Part shown: piece by piece, positions 36,096 to 44,518 of the stretch | How the letters are laid out: every line of letters starts with the position of its first letter | Numbering within the stretch: position 1 is the stretch's first letter | From: a virus | Taxonomy: Duplodnaviria; Caudoviricetes | Reading direction: 5' to 3' (one strand) | Length of the DNA: 64,000 nucleotides | IMG/VR virus record: IMGVR_UViG_3300042392_000853 | Coordinates: 573-64,572 of that record | Made by a program: the position numbers and the translations under genes | Notes under the pieces: model-generated | What the model saw: only the letters and a program-made list of their open reading frames with translations | Told to the model about the DNA's origin: nothing | The model's database searches: none

Positions 36096-37400
36096 ATGGA
36101 AGACGAAGACCTCGGCGCGCTGTCCTCTGTGCGCGATGCGGAAGACGCCGCCGCCCCCGCGCTGACCGGGAACCCGCAGGCGCTCGCCGTGCTCAACTCT
36201 TTGCGCGAGGAGCAGCGCAAGCGGTGGGACGAGTATGCCCAAAGCATCCGCGCCGCGCGTAGCGCCCAGATGCAACAGACCGGGCCGTCCGCCACGGACA
36301 GGCTGGCAAGCGCCTTGCTGGCGGCGGGTCGCCCTAACCGCGGCGGCTCGAACTGGGAGTCGTTGCGCCAAGGGCTGGAGAACTGGAACCAGAGCGGCGA
36401 GGCCGCCCGCCAAGCGCAAATGCAGCAGAAGCAACTGGCTGCGCAGGAAGAAGCCGAACTCGCCAAGATGGCGTTCGAGCAGGGCTCGTCGCTGGAGAAC
36501 CTGGCGGCGAAGTACGCGATGGCGCCGCAAAAGTCGGGGTGGAACGTGTCCGGCGGCATCTCGACCGGAGGCGAGCCTTACGCCACTTACCGCGACCCGA
36601 GCGGGCGTCTTGTCGTCAAGACCCGCGGCGGCGAGACGGCCTTCGACGCGCCGGGCGCCCCGGCGGCTGGTGGTGCTCCGCCTGCTGGTGGCGCCCCGGC
36701 TGCGGGCGGCGCACCCACGGGAGATATGTTCGTCGGGCCGGACGGCAAGACCTACCGGAAGGATGCCTTCGGTGTGCCGCGCGAGGTGTTTGGTGGAGAG
36801 ACCCGCCCCGCCACGCCCGAAGAGGCGCGGCAGTTCGGCGTCACGGAGGGCTCGTTCGAGGGCGGCGTGTTCAAGCCGGGCGCCGGCGCAGTGCCGATGG
36901 CGCAACTCAAGTCGGAGATTCCGAAGTTCGAGAACAGCATCCTGCACATGCAGGACCAGATCGGACTTGCGGAGAGCCTGAAGTCCCGCGCCGGGCCGCT
37001 GACCACGGGTCTCGGAGGCACAATCGCAGGGTTCATCCCCGGGACGTCGGCGTTCACCTTCAAGGAGGATCTGACGAAGACGCTCGGTGGCAACATCGCC
37101 TTTGACCGCCTCCAGCAGATGCGCGAAGAGTCCAAGACCGGCGGCGCCCTCGGGCAGGTCGCCGTGCAGGAACTGGACGCGCTGCGCTCGTCGATGGCCG
37201 CGCTCAATGCGTCCATGGATATGAAGGACCTCACCCGCAACCTCGACATGGTCATCGCCAAGTACAAGCGGGCGATGTCCGCCTACCAGCGCATGGTTGA
37301 GGAGCGCAAGCGCACCCTGTCCGGCGGCGCTCCGGCGCAAGGCGGTGCGCCCGCGAGCGGGACAATCAAGTACGACCGGAACGGCAACAGGATTCGCTAA
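36096..37400 (+). CDS. Internal virion/ejection protein
   Basis: NIAFDRLQQMR..S.TGGALG.V...EL motif. Confidence 0.75.
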   Translation: MEDEDLGALSSVRDAEDAAAPALTGNPQALAVLNSLREEQRKRWDEYAQSIRAARSAQMQQTGPSATDRLASALLAAGRPNRGGSNWESLRQGLENWNQSGEAARQAQMQQKQLAAQEEAELAKMAFEQGSSLENLAAKYAMAPQKSGWNVSGGISTGGEPYATYRDPSGRLVVKTRGGETAFDAPGAPAAGGAPPAGGAPAAGGAPTGDMFVGPDGKTYRKDAFGVPREVFGGETRPATPEEARQFGVTEGSFEGGVFKPGAGAVPMAQLKSEIPKFENSILHMQDQIGLAESLKSRAGPLTTGLGGTIAGFIPGTSAFTFKEDLTKTLGGNIAFDRLQQMREESKTGGALGQVAVQELDALRSSMAALNASMDMKDLTRNLDMVIAKYKRAMSAYQRMVEERKRTLSGGAPAQGGAPASGTIKYDRNGNRIR

Positions 37401-40400
37401 TGCCTATTCGTGCTCAAGCTGCCGACGGTTCTATCCACGAGTTCCCGGAAGGCACGGCGCCCGAAGTCATAGACCGGGTCATGAAGGCGTACGCGCAAGG
37501 CGGCGAGGGTGAAGCCCCGCGTCGCGCCACCGGCGACAGGCCGCCCGAGGCCCTGACCGAGACGGCCCCCGGCGAGTTCACCGGGGAGAGCGGCGCACGC
37601 TACTCCGAGAAGCCGCGCCAGCCGCAACTCGTCGCTGACCTGGAGGACACCAACCGCCTGAGCCCCGAGGGCTTGCCGTCGGTTGAAGACCTGCGCGGCA
37701 GCATCTTCCGCAACATCCTCGGCAAGGAGCCCACGCCGTCACCCAACGCCTTCGGTGCGTTTGCGCAAGGCGCCGGCCTGTCCGCGCTGCCGACCCTCGT
37801 TGGTTACGGCGCCATGCGGGGTGGCGCAGCCCTCGGCGCGCTCGCCGGCCCGGCAGCGCCTATCCTGTCGCCGACGCTGGCCGTCGGGCTCGGAGTGGGT
37901 GGCGCGCTGACCACCGCCGAGGCGCAGGAGCGGGCGCTGGACGCACTGCCCGAGGACGTCAAGGCGCGCTTCGGCCTGTCCGAGGAGCAGATCGCTGCGT
38001 CGCGAGAAGCCTACCCCTACACGTTCAACTTCGGCCAACTGGCCCCCAGCCTGCTTACGGGGCGCCCGTTCTCCGCAGAGAGCCGTCAGGCCCTGATGAA
38101 GGCGGCTCGCGAAGTCAACCCGGCTCTGGCCGCGCGCCTGTTCGGTAAAGCCGTCGAGGAGGCCGCGCCAACCGCCGCGCTGTCCGCCGGCGCGGGCGCT
38201 ACGGGGGAGGCCGTCGGCCAGTTCTTCGACGGCAACAAGGACCCCGACATCGGCAAGATCGCCCAGTCCGCCCTTGTCAGCGGGCTTACCGGCTACAACC
38301 CTCGCAGCGTATCGGCATTGGAGCGCAGCCTCATCGGCACCCAGCAGCCGACCGCCGTGACCGACGAATTGCAGATGGGGGCCTTGCGCCTCGGAGCCGA
38401 GCCCACCCCGCTTGACGTGCTGCCGCGCGATGTGCTCGGCAACCTCGCGTCCGACGTGGCGCGCGTCAACCCGCAGGCCGGTCGTGAACTGGAGCGCGCC
38501 GCCGACCAGCGTGTCCGCCAACTGCCCGGTGCGCTGTCCACCCTCGCCGAGGGCATCCCCGGCGTGCCGCCCGGAGCCACCGTCACCGGCGTCACGGATG
38601 CCGCCGAGGCCGCGCGTCTCGCGCGTCAAGCCCGCATCACGTCCGGTAAGACGAACATCGTGCGTGGCGCGGAGGCCGAGCAGGAGGCGGCCAAGGCGGC
38701 TAAGGCCGAGGCATCCGAGGGTGTGCTCCCGGAGACCCGCGGCGGGGCGCCTGCCGCCTACACCGAACTGCAAGCCCAGCGCGACGCTGCGCGGTCCAAC
38801 TTCAAGCGGCTTTACGACGACGCAGAGGCGGCGGGCGACGTCGCTCTTCCCGCCGATGCAGCGCCCACCGTCGCCGATGAACTGGCGGCCACGGCCAAGT
38901 CGTACGCCGGGACCCTTGAAGCGGGCGAGGCTCCGGCCACTGAGCGCATCGTAGCCAAGGTGACCAGGGCGCTTGAGGAGCGTGGCGGCCTGACCTTCAT
39001 GGACCTCAACAGCCTGCGCCGCCAGCTTCAGCCGCTGACCGGTCGCGGGGACACCGACTCCACCGCCGCGCGCGACGTGATCCGCAAGATCGACGAGGTT
39101 GAGGACCGACTGTTTGACGCCGGCGCGTTCGGTGACTCGGACGTCGTTCAGAAGTGGCGGGCCGCCAATCAGGCTCGCCGCGAGTTCGGTCAGAACTGGG
39201 AGAACAACGTCTTCGAGCGGATCCTCGCGGGCCAAGACCCACAGGCCATGACCGTGACGATGTTCGGCACCGCCGCCGGGGCGCCAGTGCGTGGGCCGAA
39301 CCGCGAGGCGGACATCTCCGCTGTCATGAGCCGCCTGAGCCCGGAAGCCCGCGCTGCTGTCCAACAGGACGCCATGGACCGGCTGTTCAGCAAGGACGTG
39401 GGCAAGCCCACCTTCGGCGCAGCGTTCACCAAGTGGGAGCGCGAGAACCCCGAACTGGCCGACATGCTCGTGCCGGAGGAGGGCCGCAACGCCCTGATCC
39501 GCGCGCAGGGCGAGATCAAGGCCGCGACCGAAGCATCGGAAGCCGCCAAGGCTCGCGGCGCCCGCGCCACCGAGCGCGCGACGACGCTGATGAAGCAGAC
39601 TGAGGATGCGTTCAAGGCGAGGGTCGAACCCGCTTCGCAGGGGCGCAACTTCCTGTCGGAGAGCGCGCTGGACTTCCGCAACGCCGTCGACGGGTGGACG
39701 CCCTCTCAGCGTCAGACAGCGAAGGTCGGCGTGCGTCAGGCCATGCGCGATGCAGTGGCCAAGCCCGACGCCTCGATCCGCCTACTCGTCAACTTGGCCG
39801 ACAACACCGACGCCCAAGCCAACCTGCGCGTCCTGCTCGGCAACGCCGAGGCTGACGCCATCATCCTCAAGGCCGTATCCGCGCAGGAGGTCGTCAAGCG
39901 CCTCGGTGCGGTCGGGCAGGGCGCCCGCTCGGGCCTCGGAGCCGCGCCCTCAGAGCCGGACATGATGGACCTCGCGCCCGACATCCTCATCAAGTCCGGG
40001 CCTATGGGCGCGAGGGTGGACGCGCAGGCCAACTTCTTCCAGTCGGCCATGCGCCTGCTGACCGCCAAGGGGCTGTCCAGCGCGGAGGCGCTTCAAGTGT
40101 CCCGCGACCTTCTGGACCCGGCGAAAGTAGACGCGGTGCGCGACCAGCTTGCCAAGCAGATCGGTGAGGGGCCTGCGGACGCCGCTCGTCGCCGGGCACA
40201 GGCGTTCTACGGCCCTGTGTCGGAGCGCCTCGGCATAGCCGCCACGCGCGCCGCCGTGACGCAACGCGAGCCTCCGCCACAGGTCGAAGCGCCTCCGGTG
40301 GAAGAGCCCGAAGCGGAAACGCCTGCTCCGCCAGCGCTGCCCGTGTCCGTCGAGGGCGAGCGCATCTCGCCGCAGGTGCCGCCCGAAGTCGTGCAGGCGA

Positions 40401-40801
40401 CTGCCGCCCTGACGCCCACACAACTCAAGGCCCTGGCCATCGTGCTGGAGGCCAGCCCGAACCGCGACGAGATGCGGGCGGTCGGCCATGTGCTGAACAA
40501 CCGCGCTCGCAACCCGTCCCGCTACGGCGAGTCCTTGATCGAGATGCTGATGGGCGGCGAGTTCGACGGCTTCAAGACGACGCGCGAGAAGATTGACGAG
40601 ATGCTCGCCTCTGAGCGTTTCCGCGAGGCCGAGCAGGTGATGGCCGACATCGACGCGGGCAAGGACCCTGACCCGACGGGCGGCGCCACGCACTTCCTCG
40701 CCCCCCGGCTCATGCAGCAGAAAGGCTACACGACGCCGGAGTGGGCGAAGCGCGCGGGCAAGCCTATCGGCGAGACCGTATTCTATTCAGAGGTGGACTG
40801 A
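37400..40801 (+). CDS. Large internal virion protein with C-terminal SleB/Hydrolase_2-like cell-wall hydrolase
   Basis: LEA....EMRAVGHVLNNR..DPTGGATHF.......P.WA at the C-terminus. Confidence 0.8.
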   Translation: MPIRAQAADGSIHEFPEGTAPEVIDRVMKAYAQGGEGEAPRRATGDRPPEALTETAPGEFTGESGARYSEKPRQPQLVADLEDTNRLSPEGLPSVEDLRGSIFRNILGKEPTPSPNAFGAFAQGAGLSALPTLVGYGAMRGGAALGALAGPAAPILSPTLAVGLGVGGALTTAEAQERALDALPEDVKARFGLSEEQIAASREAYPYTFNFGQLAPSLLTGRPFSAESRQALMKAAREVNPALAARLFGKAVEEAAPTAALSAGAGATGEAVGQFFDGNKDPDIGKIAQSALVSGLTGYNPRSVSALERSLIGTQQPTAVTDELQMGALRLGAEPTPLDVLPRDVLGNLASDVARVNPQAGRELERAADQRVRQLPGALSTLAEGIPGVPPGATVTGVTDAAEAARLARQARITSGKTNIVRGAEAEQEAAKAAKAEASEGVLPETRGGAPAAYTELQAQRDAARSNFKRLYDDAEAAGDVALPADAAPTVADELAATAKSYAGTLEAGEAPATERIVAKVTRALEERGGLTFMDLNSLRRQLQPLTGRGDTDSTAARDVIRKIDEVEDRLFDAGAFGDSDVVQKWRAANQARREFGQNWENNVFERILAGQDPQAMTVTMFGTAAGAPVRGPNREADISAVMSRLSPEARAAVQQDAMDRLFSKDVGKPTFGAAFTKWERENPELADMLVPEEGRNALIRAQGEIKAATEASEAAKARGARATERATTLMKQTEDAFKARVEPASQGRNFLSESALDFRNAVDGWTPSQRQTAKVGVRQAMRDAVAKPDASIRLLVNLADNTDAQANLRVLLGNAEADAIILKAVSAQEVVKRLGAVGQGARSGLGAAPSEPDMMDLAPDILIKSGPMGARVDAQANFFQSAMRLLTAKGLSSAEALQVSRDLLDPAKVDAVRDQLAKQIGEGPADAARRRAQAFYGPVSERLGIAATRAAVTQREPPPQVEAPPVEEPEAETPAPPALPVSVEGERISPQVPPEVVQATAALTPTQLKALAIVLEASPNRDEMRAVGHVLNNRARNPSRYGESLIEMLMGGEFDGFKTTREKIDEMLASERFREAEQVMADIDAGKDPDPTGGATHFLAPRLMQQKGYTTPEWAKRAGKPIGETVFYSEVD

Positions 40802-40903
40802 GTAGCCAGACACCCACGGCGAACAGCGCCGCGCCGGCAACAAACATCCACGGCGCGAACCAGAGCCCGAGCAGGGCCATCGGCGCCAAAGCCACCTTGT
40901 CGT

Positions 40904-43159
40904 TCATGTCTCGCTCCTCCGCTTCATAGCCTCAAGCAGCACGTCCTGCACGCTGCGCTTGTTGACGAGTCGGTCCAGCACCATCGCGTCCACCGTCCCT
41001 CGGGCGAGGATGTAGTGGATAAAGACAGGCCGGTCGTAGCCCGACTGCTTCTGGCGCTGCGGGCCGATCCGCTCGATGATCTGGTCGTGTTCCTCAAGGT
41101 TCCAGTTCAGGCCGAAGAACGCGAGGATGTTGCCGCCGTCCTGTAGGTTCAGGCCGTGGCCCGCCGACGCCGGGTGCGCGACCAGCACCGGGATGCGACC
41201 CGCGTTCCAGTCCACAATCGTCTTGGGGTTGTCGTCCAGCGGCTTGGCCCCAGGAACCGCAGCGAGGATCCGCGCCAGATCGCTCTTGAAGTTGTAGGCG
41301 ACCAGCACGGGCATCCCGTTGGCCTCCTCCACCACGCTCTTGAGCGCGTCGATCTTCTCGTCGTGCACGACGGCCCACGAGCCGTCCTCCTTGTAGACCG
41401 CGCCGTTCGACAACTGGAGGCACTTGCTGGTGCGCACCGCAGCGTTCACGGCCTCCACGCCCTCGCCCTCGATGAGCGCCCACATGTCGCGCTCCATCTC
41501 CTCGTAGGTCTTGCGCGCGTCCTTCGGCAACTCAACCTCGATCACGTTGCGGATCGGCTCGTCGACGTCCAAGCCCTTGACCGTCAGGCACACGTCCTTG
41601 AGCCGGTCCTCGATTTCCGCTTGCGCGAACTCACGAGGCTGGAGGCTGTAGCCGTCCCAGCCCTTGGTGAACCAGCGCGCCTCGAACGCCGAGAACGTGC
41701 GACCCAGCCGCTCGCCGCGGTCAACGAACCAGACCTGGCCCCACAGGTCCTTGAGCCCGTTCGGCGCCGGCGTGCCCGTCAGGCCGATGAACCGGCGCGA
41801 CTTGGTGTGCGCCACCTTGGCCAGTGCCCGCGCCCGGGAGCCGCCCTGCCGGGTGCGGTATGACTTCAGTTTGGAGCAGTTATGGACGAGGACCCCGTTA
41901 GCAAAGTATGTAGGTGCTCCTTCAACCTCAAGGTTGAATACAGGGACCAAGCCTCCGTGTTCTTGATCCGAAACACGGTCCACCCCAACGACTGTAGCTT
42001 CTCGGTCTTCTTCCGATCCCGCGCCATACCGAGGTAGGTCCCGTGCGACTGCCCATCCACCTCCAAGCACACCATCCGGCTGGCATCCGCGAAGTCGAGT
42101 TTGTAGTGCGACGGATATCCGGCCCCAGCCCCCTTCAACGACACTATGTGATTCCAGCGGAACCCTTCCGGCAGCAGCGGCGCAATCAGCGCCTCTGTGT
42201 TCGTCATGCCAGTCCCGTTGCCGCCCCGTTTGGCGGGGAACGGCTTGTTCTTCCGGACCTCCGACATCGTCGCCCGATGGGTCTCGGACCATGGCCTTCC
42301 ATAGTTCCAAGCACGCATACCTTCCTGCTCGCGCTTCCGCTGAGTGGCCGTCATGTTTCGGCGGCTCAACTCTCGGTGCTCCGGGCGCCCGGAAACCGCC
42401 TTCGACCGGCAGCTTGTGGAGCAGTACTGGGTCTTGCCCAGTCCCGCCTGCGTGTGCGCTCGGCTGCCCCTTCGCAAGAAGGGCGTCTGACAGGTCGGAC
42501 AGACAATCTCGACCATAGAGCCGCCGACCTCCACAAGCCTCTGCGGGTAGCCATCCGGCGTCAGTAAAGAACGGGTGCGTTTTCGTGGCATAGATTTTAA
42601 CCCCTGAACCTAGGGTCAAACATACCAGATTAAAATCGTTTGAAAAGCGCCGATACACCCTGCGGATCCGGCGCGGCCCAACGTGCGTGAGAACCTCCTC
42701 GCCCTCAGACAAACTCTCGATAGGGCGGTCGCCGCCGGGCGTGGCGACCTGCGTCCCCGCGACGAAGCACTCGTCTGCAATCACCGTCTTGAACGGCCAG
42801 CCCTCGCCGTAGTGCGCGACAAGCCAAGGCACGTTGTCGTAGTTGGTGGCGTAGATGTCAGCAGGAAGGCGCAGGGCGGCCTCCCGCTGCTTGGCGGTGC
42901 CCAACACCGGCACGACCCTTAGCGCCTGCGTGTGAGCCCATTTGGCGGCTTCCTGTGGCCATGTGCTGCTCACCACCCGCTTGGGTGCCAACACCAGTGC
43001 GGGGAACACCTCCTCGACCGTATCCAGCGCGCTCAGGGCCGTCAGCACCGTGACCGTCTTGCCCCCGCCCATCGGCATCCACAGGACGCTGCGGCGCAGG
43101 TTGTAGAGGTGGTCGAGGGCCTCGCGCTGGTAGTCGTGCGGCGTGAAGGTGCGGGTCAC
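40904..43159 (-). CDS. SNF2-type helicase, intein-containing
   Basis: MGGGKT, DE[intein]C, LTGTP, AGHGLNLQ and QIIERI motifs; probable GTG start at 43159. Confidence 0.92.
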   Translation of the reverse strand: MTRTFTPHDYQREALDHLYNLRRSVLWMPMGGGKTVTVLTALSALDTVEEVFPALVLAPKRVVSSTWPQEAAKWAHTQALRVVPVLGTAKQREAALRLPADIYATNYDNVPWLVAHYGEGWPFKTVIADECFVAGTQVATPGGDRPIESLSEGEEVLTHVGPRRIRRVYRRFSNDFNLVCLTLGSGVKIYATKTHPFFTDAGWLPAEACGGRRLYGRDCLSDLSDALLAKGQPSAHAGGTGQDPVLLHKLPVEGGFRAPGAPRVEPPKHDGHSAEARAGRYACLELWKAMVRDPSGDDVGGPEEQAVPRQTGRQRDWHDEHRGADCAAAAGRVPLESHSVVEGGWGRISVALQTRLRGCQPDGVLGGGWAVARDLPRYGAGSEEDREATVVGVDRVSDQEHGGLVPVFNLEVEGAPTYFANGVLVHNCSKLKSYRTRQGGSRARALAKVAHTKSRRFIGLTGTPAPNGLKDLWGQVWFVDRGERLGRTFSAFEARWFTKGWDGYSLQPREFAQAEIEDRLKDVCLTVKGLDVDEPIRNVIEVELPKDARKTYEEMERDMWALIEGEGVEAVNAAVRTSKCLQLSNGAVYKEDGSWAVVHDEKIDALKSVVEEANGMPVLVAYNFKSDLARILAAVPGAKPLDDNPKTIVDWNAGRIPVLVAHPASAGHGLNLQDGGNILAFFGLNWNLEEHDQIIERIGPQRQKQSGYDRPVFIHYILARGTVDAMVLDRLVNKRSVQDVLLEAMKRRSET
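41866..42591 (-). CDS. Zn-finger/NUMOD3/DUF559 (Vsr-like) endonuclease encoded out of frame inside the intein
   Basis: CPTC..YCSTSC, WNYGRPWSETHR..MS, YKLDFA....CLEVDGQSH...RD.K....L..LGWTVFRI; SD-like AGGGG 9 nt before ATG 42591 and GGAGG before ATG 42516. Confidence 0.85.
   Translation of the reverse strand: MPRKRTRSLLTPDGYPQRLVEVGGSMVEIVCPTCQTPFLRRGSRAHTQAGLGKTQYCSTSCRSKAVSGRPEHRELSRRNMTATQRKREQEGMRAWNYGRPWSETHRATMSEVRKNKPFPAKRGGNGTGMTNTEALIAPLLPEGFRWNHIVSLKGAGAGYPSHYKLDFADASRMVCLEVDGQSHGTYLGMARDRKKTEKLQSLGWTVFRIKNTEAWSLYSTLRLKEHLHTLLTGSSSITAPN
41879..42769 (-). mobile_element. Intein (297 aa) at the helicase DExx motif
   Basis: CFVAGTQVATP start, block B ATKTHPFF, block F VFNLEV, block G VLVHN/C. 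Confidence 0.9.
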
Positions 43160-43437
43160 ACCAAGTCGCCGCCGAACAGCTTTTCGGCGTCCACCCGGAA
43201 GCCGAACCCCCGGCGGTTGAGGACCGAGCCTTGCGGCACTTTCTGCCGGATGCGATGGATCACGACCGACAGGTGGGTGTGCGACTTGCGCCATACGGAC
43301 AGCGGCTCAACGTCAAGGCCGATGGCCGTGGCCAGTTGCGCGTTGCTGACGTAGCCCTCGTGCTCAAGCATGTAGGCCAGCGCCAGCGCCTCTTGGTGCC
43401 CGAGTCCGAACATATCGGCCAGTTGCGAGATGGTCAT
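43156..43437 (-). CDS. Winged-helix DNA-binding protein (OmpR C-terminal-like)
   Basis: LSVVIHRIRQKV....LNRRGFGFR. Confidence 0.7.
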   Translation of the reverse strand: MTISQLADMFGLGHQEALALAYMLEHEGYVSNAQLATAIGLDVEPLSVWRKSHTHLSVVIHRIRQKVPQGSVLNRRGFGFRVDAEKLFGGDLV

Positions 43438-43910
43438 ACGATGTGCCTTCCGTCGGTCTTGAGGCGAGGGGGTTTGGGCGAGGCGGACGGCTCCGTGTTT
43501 TTATACATGATGAGCCGGTGCTTCGGGCAGTAGGAGCGGTGCCCCTCGGTGTCGGCGCAGCAGGAGTAGGTCACGTCGCCATCGACGATAGGGAAGGCGC
43601 ACTCACCGAACTTGCGCTCGGTCCACGGACGCATAAGCGGCTCACCCACAACACGCACCTCCTTCACAGGGAACTTGATGATGTTGACGCGCTTCTCGTC
43701 GTGCGCCTTGCGCTCGTTGGGCCGGCGCACAATGCGCGGCGGCTCGGCCTTGACGGGAGCGGCTGGCTTCCCGTGTTTTGCACCCATGCGGTGCATCTTG
43801 CCGATCACGGCTTTGCGCGTGACGCCGAGGATCTTGCCGATATCCACGGCGCTCTTGCCCTCGGTCCAGAGGCGGGCGGCGAGGGCGGTGTTCTCGTCCG
43901 ACCAGCCCAT
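43434..43910 (-). CDS. gcrA: GcrA cell-cycle regulator homolog
   Basis: MGWS......LW.EGKSA..IG..LGVTR.AVIGK.HR.G plus C.FPI..CC...SYCP.H C-domain. Confidence 0.85.
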   Translation of the reverse strand: MGWSDENTALAARLWTEGKSAVDIGKILGVTRKAVIGKMHRMGAKHGKPAAPVKAEPPRIVRRPNERKAHDEKRVNIIKFPVKEVRVVGEPLMRPWTERKFGECAFPIVDGDVTYSCCADTEGHRSYCPKHRLIMYKNTEPSASPKPPRLKTDGRHIV

Positions 43911-44180
43911 CTATGCCTTGATCCCCACGACGGCGAGGTCGTAGCCTGCGTCGCTGTGGCCCCGGCGCCAACCGACGGCGCCGTGGCACCCCTTGGCCGT
44001 GGCCATGCGGATCAGCGTGGTCGTCATGTAGTTGGCGATGCTTTTAGTGGGTTCGCTCTGCATACGAACGGCGAACATGTCGGTGAACGGGCCGCTCAAT
44101 TCCACGAGGCGAAGTTCCTCACCGAACAGTCGGTAGAGGGTGTGGATGTCGTCGTCATACATCTCAAAAGGTGGTGTCAT
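43911..44180 (-). CDS. Hypothetical protein
   Basis: AGGAG RBS, ATGA coupling. Confidence 0.6.
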   Translation of the reverse strand: MTPPFEMYDDDIHTLYRLFGEELRLVELSGPFTDMFAVRMQSEPTKSIANYMTTTLIRMATAKGCHGAVGWRRGHSDAGYDLAVVGIKA

Positions 44181-44518
44181 GTTGTCTCCTCTGGCCCACC
44201 GTGGGCCGCGCTCTCTGTATCCCTGCTTGTTAGCTGCCCGTCAAGCGCCAATTCGATGAAGGCGTCCACCTCCTCGCGGGAGGCGACCACCCATACCCAG
44301 AAGCCGTCGGCGCGTAGCCGGTCGCCCTCGACGACCTGGAGCGGGTGCAACCGGCCACCCGCCCGCTTGACCTCCACGAAGTGCAGGTTCGGTCCCGGCC
44401 ACCAGACCATGCGGTCAGGGGCGCCGCGCCTGCCGATCCATTGCAGCTTGCGGTGCCGCCCACCCGTCGCCTTGACGCGGGCGATCAGGTAGGCTTCCAC
44501 CTTGCCTTCGGGGGTCAC
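44177..44518 (-). CDS. VRR-NUC nuclease
   Basis: E..VE.YL...G.PDR.....FVEVKR.GG....Q. Confidence 0.85.
   Translation of the reverse strand: MTPEGKVEAYLIARVKATGGRHRKLQWIGRRGAPDRMVWWPGPNLHFVEVKRAGGRLHPLQVVEGDRLRADGFWVWVVASREEVDAFIELALDGQLTSRDTESAAHGGPEETT

Noticed and set aside
33372-40801. Tape-measure protein of a long-tailed phage
   Set aside because: No tail tube, chaperone frameshift or baseplate genes recognised; the arrangement after a nozzle gene fits ejection proteins
40764-40907. 47-aa hydrophobic minus-strand ORF after the helicase
   Set aside because: It has a coupled start and GGAG RBS but overlaps the convergent 3' end of the 37400 gene; too uncertain to call
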